From assembly GCA_018398765.1 (NCBI GenBank), contig JAHBMJ010000064.1:1-57837 (forward strand): 57,837 nucleotides of DNA. The letters run 5' to 3'. The position numbers and the translations under genes were made by a program. Numbering within the stretch: the stretch's first letter is position 1; every line of letters begins with the position of its first letter. This DNA comes from Chromera velia. Its lineage: Eukaryota. Shown here piece after piece: positions 25,385 through 45,790 of this stretch. The notes under the pieces were generated by a model. The model worked only from the letters and a program-made list of their open reading frames with translations, searched no databases and was not told the DNA's origin.

Positions 25385-27789
25385 CCCCAACCCTGTCGGA
25401 CGCTTTGTTCAATTAATGACATCAAGCATTCTTTAATTTGTGTGTTTTGTACATTCATTCTAGTGCCGAAGAAGTCCCTTTGAAACTTGAACGTTCCGTC
25501 AGCTCCGAGTCTCGTGCAGCTCTTAATAAACATCTGTCAACGAGCACCCACCATGAGCGCTATGCAGGCCATTGCTGGATTCGATCGCTACGAGCCTACG
25601 ACCATCGGTTTCAAGTTGCGTGCTGGACTATGCTAGACATCGCACTTTTGACATTGGTGTCCGCTACTCTGACGTCATGCAGTGTCCCTCACTGCTCTTC
25701 GTTTGTGGTATACGTTGGCTGTCGGCCCAGTGTCGGGTTCAGTCCTCGGTTTAGTCAAATGATATGATGATGATCATCAGATCATGATGATCGCCATAGC
25801 CACCGGCCTATTCCTGGGCTTCTAAGGTTAGATGGGGTATGCAGAAAACTCGAAATTTTCGTTCTGCGCTCTTGCTTATCGAATACTTAAGACGTTGTAT
25901 CAGTAGCTTCGGCCATCATCCTCGCCGCCGCCATCATTTTTTTATTTTTTTTTCTTTTATTTCATTGAACTTATGATGATTAAAGTGCTAAAATACGCAT
26001 GTATTAAACTTATCCTTGCATAGAGAATCTGTGCTAGATCAAAGATTTTTAGGCTTTAAATTAGATTTTTTAAAAAATATATTTTTCTTCTCCACTTAGG
26101 GGGTTCCCCCCTTTTTTATGTGCAACGCCTAAGTTCTAACTTTTCTTCTTACTGTAATTTTTTTTTTTTGAGTTTCTTATTTTTTTTTTTTATAACTTAA
26201 TTATAGTAACATCTTTTTACAAATTTAGTTCACTTTCATACATTTTCATTGAAATTCAACATGCATATTTCGTTTTTATTCCAGGCCCCCCCGGCCTAGC
26301 GGCCCTAGCCCCCGGTTTGGAAAGCTAACCTCAGGCTGGCAGACAACAAAGACATATGGGCACATTCTTTGAAAATGCGCCTGAATCGTGCGTCGAATCC
26401 TGCGGGGCAGAAAGAGAACTGCAAAGCACATGCATATACTTGATGGTCAAACCAATGAAGAAAAAGCACTGCGTATGCAAAAGAGGTGGCAATGTTTGGA
26501 ACGTGACGCCTCACTTGTCTGATCGGCAAACCAATTTAAATCTTCTCAGTCAGCTCCCCCGTCTGTCTGTCTGTCTGCCTGTCTGTCTGTCTGTCTTTCT
26601 GTCTGTCTGTCTGTCCTCCCCTCTGCTCTGTTCGTCCGACCCACACGCAAGCCTTCTCATCCTCTCTGGCTCGATCATTCTAGAATTAACCCTCCCTACG
26701 GATGCCCATTCGTGCGTCAAGGCAGAATCGTCTACGCGTATTTGCCAAGAATCGCATTTCAACTTCAATTCGATCAGTCTTGCAGTCTGAGGAGAGAGAT
26801 GGAAGGCATCGTGGAAAGAGAGAAGGGAAAGAAGCGGGAAGAGAATATCCTCCCCAGAGACAGGCAAGAAGGAAGAGAAACTACCAGGGAGGCGAGAAGA
26901 GGGAGAGAGAGCAGATGCTTGCACGCGAAGGGGCCAGCAGAAAAGGCCCCCACACACCCGCATCCTGAAAGAAGGGGGAAAAGTACGTGACAATCTAAGA
27001 ACGCAGACAGAAAAAACACGGATGCGCAGGCACGCCGACATTCTCGTGAGTCCCTTTCTGACCAAATGCGTGCCTGAATCAGTCTATGTGCACACTCATC
27101 TGACGCACGCATGCATGCAAGCATACGAACGGTCCCGGAAAGCATGAGTGTCGTTTTCACTGCATGTACCACCATCCCACTCCAGCTCGTTGATGGGGGC
27201 CCGCCCAGTGGTGACTGAAGCAAACTCTGTAGCTTTCTTTGGTGGAGCTCCTACTCATTGGCTCCTGGCAGTCTTCTTTCTTCACTGTCTCAACCGAGCT
27301 TTCTGAACTTGCCTATCTCTTTCTTGTTCTCTATCTATGGTACACGGGCTTGTGCCATTCGATCTTTCGAAACGGGCGTTTGAGGAACTTCAGAGGAAGT
27401 GACTCGTTCTGTTGTATGCAGGAAGATAAACAGACAGACAGAGACACAGACAGAGTATATGTTTCTCCTTCTTCCCTTCCTTTTCTTCATGAACACAACA
27501 GAGAAAAAGAAAGAAAGGACAAAGACAGACAGACAGACAGACAGACAGAGAGACATGCAGAATCACGGGAGACACAATGGAAGAAGACATCTTTGTTCCG
27601 CCCCGTTGACTTTAAATTGTCTCATCTCCCTCATTTTCTTTCTACTTCCTCCCCCCACTACATGCACACAGATGGTCATTTCCTCATTCCATCCATCCAG
27701 ACACTCACCCGTCCACCCCGCCACAAGGTCATCCACCCGTCCATCTGGCAATTGGATGCCTCGACCGAAGCATCTGCGCGCTCCACTTC

Positions 27790-28075
27790 AAGCGAGAAAG
27801 AAGAAACTCTGCCTACACTGCGTGACGCCTAGCAAATACGAAGACCCTGGAAAAATCTGTCTGACTGCGTGCCAACCGGCAAATGGGAATGAGAAAGAAA
27901 ACGTCTGCCGAAACTGCGTGCCATCTGGCAAGTAAGAAGGATAAAGAAAACGTGTGTGGCTGACAGCCACTTAGGAAAGGAAAAGGAGAAAGCATCTGTC
28001 TGACTGCGTGCCACCTGGCAAAGGGGAAGGAACTCTGCCTAAGCCGCGGGACACTTGGCAAAGAAGAAGGAGAAA
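27790..28075. repeat. Degenerate minisatellite, ~45-bp unit (TCTG..ACTGCGTGCCA..GGCAAA)
   Basis: About six diverged units, e.g. ATCTGTCTGACTGCGTGCCA at ~27856 and ~27994, downstream of the F-box/Kelch stop. Confidence 0.7.
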
Positions 28076-28171
28076 GAGAAACTAGAAATGGCCAAGCTCT
28101 GTCTAACTGCTTAATTGCCGTTCGGCAACCGAGAAGAGAGAAAGTTCGTCTATCTGACCGGTCTCTTTTGA

Positions 28172-31100
28172 TCAAGGCCAGTCGAAGTCACTGATTTCGA
28201 AGTCCTCGTCCTCATCATCGTTCACAATTACACCGGAGCGATAACGGAGGCTGGGGGGAATCTGCCGGAGAAGGGGAGCAAAAGCTCTCCCTCCGAGAAA
28301 TCGAAGAAAATGAGACTGCGGGGAGGGCTCTGGGACAGGAGGGTCAAAATTCAGCGCATCTGAAAATGTCTTTCCGCCATTATCCGCCCACAGAGCGGAA
28401 AGACTCTCCTCCCCCGACCCATGTGCGAGTAGATCACGCACTCGGAACGCTTCCTCGAGGGAGATTGCGGCCACAGTGTCAATGCACGCATTCGTCGTCA
28501 CCGCGCCTCCTCTCTGCTCCTTCTCCCCTCCGTCTGCAGATTTCTCTTCATTCTGTGAGGCCAGAGAGGTTTCCTGCACATTAACGGGAGAAAAAGAAGA
28601 TGCAGTCGCACAGAAGGAACGAGAGACTGCATCCTCGCAGTGGTTGACGAACCTCGCTCATCACTCACACACTCACTCAATTCACTCAAGGACTCACGCA
28701 CCCACTCTCTGAGGTTTACTCAAAGACGACGGAAACCCTTCACTTTCCTAGATTCACTAATGGACATTTTCCATCTGTGAATCTTGTCCATCGGACTTGT
28801 TTTTCTTTGTTCCAACCCTGCACAACCTGAAGGTTCACTCTCTGCCCTTGCAATCTCCCCCTGTATTTCTTGCATTGCCTTGCTTCTGCTGTTACCGTTC
28901 CATTTCCTCACCTCCCTTTTCCTCCGTTTCTTCCTTTCCTTCACTATTTCATTCATTATTTTCATTTTCGCATTCCTGTCACACGTCCCTTTTTTCTCCA
29001 CTGACCCTCCTGTATCTGCCCGTGGTTCCTGCAGCGTCCTCCTCTCCCTTCGGATTCTCACCCCCCTCCTCTTCCTCTCGCAGTCGTACGGCCGCCTTGA
29101 CACGGGACCTGAGAGGGTCCACAACCGAGAGCAAGTGGAGATCACCGAACGTCCCCAGCACACGATGCCACCCACCGAAGATGATCACCTCTGTGCCTGT
29201 GAACACTCCACCGTGGAAAGCACGAGGAGCGGGAAGTCGGAGACGGGGGGGGGTTGTTGCGGTGGTGTTCGAAGAGGAAGGGGAGGGGCGAGGGCGGAGC
29301 CTCATGAAGGCGGTCTGTTGAGGCCGAGGCTGGGGAGTTCTCTCTTCTTCAACAGCTGCTTTGGCAGGGGGACTCTCTTTTGTTGCACCCCCGTCGCCTT
29401 CCTCCCTCTCGTTCTTCCTCACCTTCGGAGGCGACCTTCCTTCTTCAGCAGGCGTGCTGCTGCCTCCTGCTGTAGTCGAAGAGGAAGACGAGGAAGAGGA
29501 AGTTGTCTTTGAGAGTGTTCGCTTCAGAACGTGGGGATACGGAGAAGAAAGACAAGAGGGGAACATTGAAATTTTGTCTGAATGTGCCTCGGTCGACATC
29601 TTCGCACTGTCCCGGAAAGTTGTCCGGGAAAGAGAAAAAGAAAAGGGCACAGAGTCAACCAACCGAACCCCGTCAAGTCTCCACATACTCTCTCCATTTG
29701 AAGGAATCTCAAGACGGCACAGAGCATTGCTCCCCCCTCTGTTCCCCCCAAAATAAATCACACGCTCTCCTGCCACAACAGCCACGTGGCCCCTCCCAAG
29801 GGAACGACGCAGCTGATGCCCCGAGGGGACGCCCGCGTCCACACGCTCCCATCTGAGGGGAGTCCACCCAACCACGCTTGGCCCCGTTACGCTGTCCCGG
29901 GAAGTTGTCCCGGAAAGAGAAGAAGAAGAAGAAGAAGGCCCGACGGCCCCTGTCTCCCCCTCCACCCCAGGAAAATGGGGACCAGGTTGGAGATCAAGCC
30001 GCCAGATGTCCGTCAGGTCGTCCCCCCCCCTGGGAACATTTGTGCCTGTCCCCCCCCCAGCAAGAATGATGTACCTGCACGGAGGCAGATGCATGCGAGA
30101 GTATTTCAAAACAAGGAAGCACCAAACGAAAAAGAAGCGTTAACTTAGGAAGGGGTGTGTTCTCGAAGAGAAAGGTCAAGACCGATGTCATGAGAGTGGA
30201 AAAAAGATTAGAACGTCGAAAGAAACGAAGAAAGAAAGAAAGCAAAAAAGGTTGTAATTCTTCAAAAGCTCTTTGTCAAAGAACAAGAACAAGAGCAAAA
30301 ACGATTGGGTCTACAGATCGGTTTGCGTTGTGAAGAGATGAGCAAAACAAATCTGAGAGCAAAAAGAGCACGCGTGCGTCCAACAGTCTGCTCATCGTTG
30401 CTTAGCGGCTGTATCGCTTCTACAGGTGGAAGAGAATGAAGCAATCATTTCTTCTTCGACTATTCTTACCGCGCTTCCTGCCTACGTCATGTGGATCACG
30501 GGCCGACCTTCCATCTGGGCTGAGCACTGCGGAATGTGCATTTCTTGCCTGGGGCCTCTCGCCTGAGGGGTCGATGAGTGCATTGGCTTCTCTCGCGTCC
30601 ACCCATCTGAGTGAAGCACAGCAGAAAAAATCTGCTCTGTTAGAAGGGCCATCCGTCTCCCTCTCCACGTACATCGCGTTGTCTCCTGGCTCTGCAGGGT
30701 ACTCCCCTGCATTCATGCGTGGGGTGCATGCGTGCAGTGACGCGATTGATTCATAATAAAAACGTACATACATACATACAGACATCTGGTGATGTGATGT
30801 GTACTTTCACACGGCACGACCCGTGTATTTCAGCAGTCAGAGTACTCATTCAAATTGAGACATGCGGATACACTTTACACAGAAAACACAGACACTCGAC
30901 ATACACACGGCGTTCACCGTCGATCTCTCCATGTTTGTACCCCCCCCCCCCNNCCCCCCCCCCCCCCAAAAAAAAAACTGACCAGCTCCACGGACGTGCT
31001 CTTCCATCTCATCCCCGTCCCCATCATCTTCTCTCGCTCCTCTCCGCCCCTCCCGATTTCCTCCGAACATCAGGACAAACCCTTTCGGGAATCGTTCACA

Positions 31101-32057
31101 CGACCGAGGGACAAAAGTCAAGGACGCAAACGCAACCCCGAAACCCAAACAACCCGAACCCCCACCGGACCCGACGGCTTCCCACGCCGCACTCCACTGC
31201 GGCGAGGAGAGACCCACTCCACCGCTCCGTGAGGCCGGGGGCTGGGGGGGTCTCATGAACGGACAACCACCCCCTTCTTGGCCTCCAGTACCTCTTTCTC
31301 CGCCCTCCCCGTCTCCCTTTTCCTCTTCCCCGTCTCCCCTCTCCTTCGCCTGCTGCTGCTGTTTCAGACGAAGAACAGACCAGTCGTCAGACTCACCGAA
31401 GTACCCCCCCGACAGGTACCCCCCCACAATCAGAAAACGGTTTTCTCCGATGGGTGCCAGACTCTGACCGTACGAACGACGGGGGGGACGACCCTCGATG
31501 GTGACGCGCGTCCACCCGCCTCCTTCTCGCTTCTCTTTTTTCTTCCCCGACTTCTTTTTACCGTCTCCCGTCTCCTCCCCCTTCTCCGTCTCCTGCCGCC
31601 AGAGATCCTTGACAGAACGCACGAACAGATCGTTACAGGGCCCAAACCGCCCCCACCCCCCGTAGAGGAAAAGCCACTCTCTCGAATCGTCCAGGAACAG
31701 AGAAGCCGTCTCCCTCGCCAAGTCCTCATTGGTGTTTTCTTCAATCTTTCCGAAACTCATTGCTCGGCCTTCCTGAAGAAGTGAGAGACGGCGACATGCG
31801 TCTCTCCAGACCTCTCCCGGAAGGCTCAGACCGTCTCTCTCCACCGCCTTCCAAAGCAAGGGTGACAGTACATCCGGCCCCCCTTCACCTCGAAGAGACA
31901 AGTACCGATCCTTCCAGAATTCCCCCGTCTCCGCAGGCTTTAGAAGCCCCTGTGTCCTTTGACTGCACTGCTCGAAAGACGCAATTTCTTTCAGTGCCAG
32001 GAAGTGAAAGATGGGGAGGAAAACGTGGTCCTCGACTTCGTCGGAAAGAAATAACAT
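28172..32057 (-). CDS. F-box/Kelch-repeat protein, 4 exons
   Basis: Exons 32057-30983, 30706-30508, 30074-29006, 28573-28172 join in phase. N-terminal F-box-like DHVFLPIFHFLALKEIASFEQCS, then Kelch motifs LFLYGGWG..NDLF, PPRRSYGQSL..FLIVGG, VLMFGG, PQARNAHSA..IILAGG, GRGHVA..VIYFGG, PAPRAFHGG..VIIFGG. Confidence 0.85.
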
Positions 32058-32546
32058 TTTTCTTCGATCGAAGACTTTTACCAACACGTTCAGCTGATTC
32101 TCTGTTTGGACAAAAAGGACAGGCAGGAAGAACGCCTTCCCAGACAGACAAAGCTCTGTAAGGTACCTTGCTCGCCTTAAATCTTAGGAGCGAAGTCGAA
32201 AATTGAGCAGATCAAGAGAGAGCTGTCAGTGCTCGTTTCCCACAGTCTGACACTCTGGAGACTGCTACTAAAAGGTAGACAAAGGTGCAGATGAACGAGT
32301 TGGAGGCCAGATGCCGAAAATCGACGAGACAACCAGGAACAACTGTGACGTGCAACTGTTTGACAGTGTTTGTTTTGCAAAGCCACCCTTTGTCTCGCAG
32401 CGACTCACACATGATCATGAACTGACTTTCGCATGGTGCAGCAGCCGCAATCAGCCCCAGTCCGCCACAGTGTTCGTAAAAAAGGGATTCTGCACCAACG
32501 CGGTCCATACGCGGTTCACACAGTTGCCCCGGCAGGCCCGGATATA

Positions 32547-33090
32547 CCAGATTCACCCATACTTTGCCCACTTTCGCACTGCCTTCCGGGGCCGCCCATG
32601 CATGCATTTGTCTACTGTCTCTTTTCTGGCTGGAGAGATCGTGCAAAGTCGAGGCAGGGGCAGATCTTGGGTCAGAGCTCAAGTGACCAAATGGGGGTCT
32701 CCAAAGTTGCTGATTACATCTTTGAGGTCGGGGGGGTCCATAGAACAGCCTTTTCTATCAAATTTTTATTGGAATGATAAGAACTGAAAGATTTGCCCAT
32801 CCGTCTCCCTGCATGCCCCTCTGTTCATGTGTGTCGCTTTCCTCTTTCTGCAGAGCACCCACCAGACCGTCCACCCGGGAGGCTGACGACTCTTTTCTCT
32901 CTCTAGGTTAAATTGAGGAATCCTGAGCTGTGACTGAGGCAGTGCACGCTTCTTGTAGGCTGCAATGCATGAGTGCCCCCTCACTTTTGGGCAGGCTCTT
33001 TGCATAGATTTATCTGGAGTTTTTTCAAACTTTGTATGTTTAGGTGGAGGACCCGAAACCCCGGTGGGCAAAGTATGGTGAAATATACGG
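32547..33090. mobile_element. 544-bp MITE, copy 1 (Tc1/mariner superfamily, Tc2/pogo-like ends)
   Basis: Imperfect TIRs CCAGATTCACCCATACTTTGCCCAC ... GTGGGCAAAGTATGGTGAAATATACGG, flanked by TA/TG. No transposase ORF. About 98% identical to 33391-33934. Confidence 0.8.
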
Positions 33091-33390
33091 TGTGCTCGTT
33101 TGTTTCTCTTCCTTGGCTAAATCTACTAGCAGCAAGGGCCTGTCACTCAGTGTGTGTATTGGTGCATGCATGCCCTCTGCAGGTCCACTCCCTCGGCATC
33201 TCCCCTCTCCTCTGCTAGACGTGCCCCCCCCTCTATATCTTTCATTCTGCTCTATGTGGCTGTGCCGTGGTCTCATAGCCAGAGATGGTGTTTTTTGTTT
33301 TCCGTATACTATGAGACCCTTTCTTATTCATATGCCGTCCCTGCCTCCTGCCTCCTTCTATGACCTCCTATACGAATTTTTCTTCAGATA

Positions 33391-33934
33391 CCAGATTCAC
33401 CCATACTTTGCCTACTTTCGCACTGCCTTCCGGGGCCGCCCGTGCATACATTTGTCTGCCGTCTCTTTTCTGGCTGGAGAGATTGTGCAAAGTCGAGGCA
33501 GGGGCAGATCTTGGGTCAGAGCTCAAGTGACCAAATGGGGGTCTCCAAAGTTGCTGATTATATCTTTGAGGTCGGGGGGGTCCATAGAACAGCCTTTTCT
33601 ATCAAATTTTTATTGGAATGATAAGAACTGAAAGATTTGCCCATCCGTCTCCCTGCATGCCCCTCTGTTCATGTGTGTCGCTTTCCTCTTTCTGCAGAGC
33701 ACCCACCAGACCGTCCACCCGGGAGGCTGACGACTCTTTTCTCTCTCTAGGTTAAATTGAGGAATCCTAAGCTGTGACTGAGGCAGTGCACGCTTCTTGT
33801 AGGCTGCAATGCATGAGTGCCCCCTCACTTTTGGGCAGGCTCTTTACATAGATTTATCTGGAGTTTTTTCAAACTTTGTATGTTTAGGTGGAGGACCCGA
33901 AACTTCGGTGGGCAAAGTATGGTGAAATATACGG
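33391..33934. mobile_element. 544-bp MITE, copy 2
   Basis: Same element in the same orientation, flanked by TA on both sides (33389-33390, 33935-33936). The right end read on the minus strand is CCGTATATTTC, a Tc2/pogo-type terminus. Confidence 0.85.
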
Positions 33935-35185
33935 TACATGCGCATAACAGCGCGTTCCGAAATCATCCGAAATCAATCACGCGCAGCCGCGCGGCCACGC
34001 ATATTAATTAATACATGCCGCGGCCGCATCGATCCATGCATGCCGGGCCACGCGCCTGCATGCGGCGCGCTGCCTTTCAAGACAGCTATATAGCGCGCAT
34101 AACAAAACCCTCAATCACAATTTCAATTTTTTTCGCAATTTCAAGCCTTCGCTTAATAAGAATCCAAAAATACAGCCTCAACTTTCAAGCGGATCTTACG
34201 TTCAGGGAGGTAGTGCAAACTTTGCAGACTCTACTCCAGTCTCAATATATCTGAATATCTAAGTAACAGACTAAGTTGACAATAGATGACAGTTAATGAC
34301 AGTAGACTTGCTACTTTATACTACATCTGATATAAACAGATACAACCTATTATATTAAAAACTCTATTTAATCGATTCACATATTTCCTATTATATTTAA
34401 AAATTGAAATTAATTCACATTTAAAACAGGTTAAAATTGAGAGAATTTAAGAAAATTAAAATAAATTGGAACTTTTGTTTCCATTTATTTCATTAATTTT
34501 AGTTAATTTCAAGAAAAAAATTAAAAACTTATTTAAACTTATTCTTTTCTTTTAAAAACTTCTTAAAAGTCTGACGTTTTATGAAAGTTTATGTAAAAAA
34601 CTATATCTTCAGATTTTTTATCTTCATGCATGCATGATTAATTAATTAATCGCTAGATTAATCGATCGATTAATTGATTAATGGTACATTAATAGTATAT
34701 AAACACTAACTACAAAAGGGCAATGGTTAGCAATGGTGCTTAGAGGGGCACCAATAAATTACTTATTATACTATAGGTTTTACTGAGTTTATCATAACTT
34801 TGTATAGAGATTAATCCTCCCTAGAATCCTCCATGAAATATGATCGGGAATTCCGATTTCCGATTTGCAATTTACCCAATTTTCCATTTGACATTTGAAA
34901 ATGTTTGAAAAGCACATAAATTTATATATGACTTAATAGCCAATCGGATTTATGTATCAAATTTGACCTTGAACTATAACTCTGAACCCAATTTTCACAA
35001 CTCAGTGTTAAACTCACAAGAAATCAGCGTTTAAAACTGGGTTTAAAATATCATTTTTCCTGCATTCATTTTGAATCTAGCTAGTGCACCAACATTAAGG
35101 GTTGATGTTTTATATACTAGGCCATAGATGATCACGTATCTCACGCATCCAAAAACCGGAAGCCGGCGGAAGGGCTCATGCATCA

Positions 35186-42714
<7,529 letters not shown>

Positions 42715-42959
42715 TGCCCTGGTGACTGAATCAGGAGACGGATACGCATCAGCATGTTAGAGAGTCAGCAACAATCGCGAACAAAGACATTAAAGGCGAC
42801 ACAAACCATGCGTGGCAGAGCGCCAACCCTCACTGTGACACCAGGGCTCTGTCGCACAGTAAGGAGTGTCTGGCATAAGGAAATCTTGAAGCACGATTTA
42901 ACACTGAGCGCCCATGAGCGCCATATGAGCACCCTTCCTTGCATCATGCACGTGCTGCA

Positions 42960-43120
42960 GGCAAATTTTTGGAGCCAGCCATAGCCAGCCGCCAGCCGCG
43001 CCCATTTAAATTTTGGAGCCAGCCGCCAGCATGCCGCCAGCGGCCCACTTTTGAAACCAGCAGCCCCTTAATTTTTGGACGCAGCGTGTTGTGCCGGCCG
43101 CACGATGCCGGCCGCGCGAG
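42960..43120. promoter_or_regulatory. Cluster of four TTTTG(G/A)A..CAGC motifs plus GCCAGC repeats between divergent BBS5 and LRR genes
   Basis: TTTTGGAGCCAGC (42967, 43011), TTTTGAAACCAGC (43049) and TTTTGGACGCAGC (43073), about 250-370 bp upstream of the BBS5 ATG. Function is inferred from position only. Confidence 0.4.
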
Positions 43121-43731
43121 CTAGCCATATGTGTCTGACCTTCGTGCACTATTGTCGACCTCCCCAACTAGCAGAAACGTACAGAAACGTGAGCAGTGGT
43201 CAACTCCTAACTTGCATTGCTGGCATTCACGACATGCGTACTGAGCACGCATAAGTACATGTATCAGAGACTGCGATCGGTGCTTGCTGTGTCGCCTTAC
43301 CGACAGAGTTGTCGACCCAGGGAGCATTCATTTGCTCCTATATTCACTCCTGCATCGTGAAGTAAAGAGAAAAACAAAAGAGAGAATTCCCATTGAAAGT
43401 CCCTTCTTGCCTGTATACCTGCAAGCAAAAAAGCAGAAGAACCCCCTTGTCCATGCACCATTGAAAGACCTCAGGCTCCGGGCTGCGTTGCTGCATCGAT
43501 TCTGTCTCCATGGAGAGAGGGGGGCTCAGTCTGCAGGTAGACGGTGGGTTTGCTTGCAACCTCTTCTTCACGGATCTGTCTGCCCCTCGCTATGCGTGGA
43601 CTACATGAAAGGTGCATACATGCCTATCACATGGAATCCGTGCATGCATGCACGCAGCTATCTGCGGGGAAGGTGAAGGTGAAGCAGTGCAAGACCCCAC
43701 GCAGGCGCACGAAAATGAAGAGATCCTCCAA

Positions 43732-43809
43732 GAGAACGAGACGGGAGCGCCTGAGATATGCATTCTCCTCGAGAACGAGACGGGAGCGCCTGAGATATGC
43801 ATTCTCCTC
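43732..43809 (+). repeat. Perfect 39-bp tandem duplication (ENETGAPEICILL x2) in a probable 5' exon of the LRR gene
   Basis: GAGAACGAGACGGGAGCGCCTGAGATATGCATTCTCCTC at 43732-43770 and 43771-43809. Confidence 0.9.
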
Positions 43810-45649
43810 AAAGATTCGAGACCATCCTCTGAGGTCACTCGCTGTCTTTCTGTCTGCCTATACGTCCTTTTCTTCCTCTAGGTGCCTGGCCAACTCGTCT
43901 GCATCCCTGTTGCCTATTCACGTGCTGTCTGTCTTTCCATCCAGTACGGATGCATGCGTGGGCGGTTACCTCGCACATGAACTCCTCGATCATCCGCGCT
44001 CCTTCTCCCTTTTGTCTTGCTTCACTTGTCTGTTCAGAGGGTCATCACATGAGTGCATCTATACTCAGGGTGCATGTACACCCTGCATGTGCCACTCATT
44101 CCTCTCAAACCTCCCTCCCACACACCCACGGCCACAAGAGCAACTGCAGTGCACGTCTTGCATTCAGTCACTGTGTGGGTGGGGGGGGTTGTATCCATCT
44201 TTCTTTACTGAAGTGTCTTCTTGTTTCTGCTTCTCCACTCCTCGCCGAGCGCAGATCTAACATTGATCGATACAGCCCTCACCTTGACGTCGTGTTGGTT
44301 TGTTACTTTTCAACTCATGCATGCACGCATGCATGCATGTATGCAGGCCGTCTCTTCATTCTTGAGGAGACGGGACACGTTTGGGATCGCGTGGTTGATC
44401 TGTGTCTTCATTCGGAAGGTCGGCAGGCAGACAGGCAGGCAGGCAGGCAGGCAGACAGACAGACAACACTTCTGAAAGAGGCAGAGGCACACTTGCAGCA
44501 GTTGGAGCAGAAAGTACAAATCAGACACGAGTCACACTCTCTGCCTCAGAGTTTTTGATTTCTCAGTGAATTTCTCTTTCTCGTTCACTCCCCATTCCCC
44601 CTCGCATCCCTCCGTCGAATTCCTTTACGTTCTGGCCTTTCTGTCACAGGTTTTTTCTTCACATCCTTGCTTAGCCATCACTTTTCTTGTCGCTCTGTCT
44701 GAGGCTCTGTTCGATTCTCAGTTGTCTCAGCCTTCGCTTATGGACACAGGAGCCGTTTTCTCCCCCAGGCTCCTTTTTGCTTTCTCCGGTGGATTAGTCC
44801 TGTACTAGGATTTCTTGGACGGTTGCGCTGATCAGGATTCAATCTCCGGATCGATGCGTAAATTTATTGTTGGGTCTGTCTGTCTCCGTCCTAACACTGA
44901 ATCAATGTCTTCATCCATCCATCCATGCATCTGTGTGCAGCGGAAAGTTCGGCTTCCTTTTCAACGACTGGACTTTTCTGGTTCGTTCGTGGTACTTTGC
45001 TTTGCTTCGCTTTGCTTGAGAAGCCTCGAAGGGAAGAAGACTTGATGCTGGAATGCTCTCCTCGCAGCGCCCAGGGTTTCTGCGTCCACCTAGTGCGTTT
45101 GAGGGACCACGCCAAGCGAAGCTCGTGCAGCTTTGTTTTCGAGTTCGTGTTCTGCTCGAGCGTCTTCTGTAGCTCTTATCGACGTCTCTCTCTCCGTCTG
45201 TACGTCGGTCCGTGTTGCGATCCGAGAAGGGGTCATTCGATTTCGGAAGGTCTGTGGACACTGGGAAAGCCAAAAGAGCAGTATGACGCCGAAGTGAAAA
45301 CATTCATGATGGAAATTCGGTTGGAAGAATTGCCTGATTGTTTGTCTGCTTTCAGGTTCAACCCTGTCTGCTGGGAAGGCATTTCTTCTTCTTCTTCACT
45401 CGCTTCCCCTTTCCATGGAGGAACTCTGTCTCGGTGCGTTCCGCTGGCTGTTTGGATGCATTGTGTGTGTGTGTGTGTGTGTAGATGTTCGAGCTTTTGT
45501 AACTTCAGGCTGTGGGGTGTAACTCGAAGGGGGCCGGTGGGGTTCTTCTATGTTTGATTGTGTGAAGGCGTTGAAATTCAGAGGGTCGCCTTCCTTCAAG
45601 GTGGGCAGGGCGAATTTGAAAAGACAACACTTCTCTTTTCTTGATCCTT

Positions 45650-45715
<66 letters not shown>

Positions 45716-45748
45716 TCTGTTTGTGTGAGTGAGTGAGTGAGTGAGTGG

Positions 45749-45790
<42 letters not shown>

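Noticed and set aside
32311..33631. Duplicated ORFs ending ...SNFYWNDKN
   Set aside because: Chance frames running into the two MITE copies; no transposase motif.
32547..33934. LTR pair of a TRIM/LTR retrotransposon
   Set aside because: No TG..CA termini, PBS or PPT; each copy has its own TIRs and TA-type flanks.
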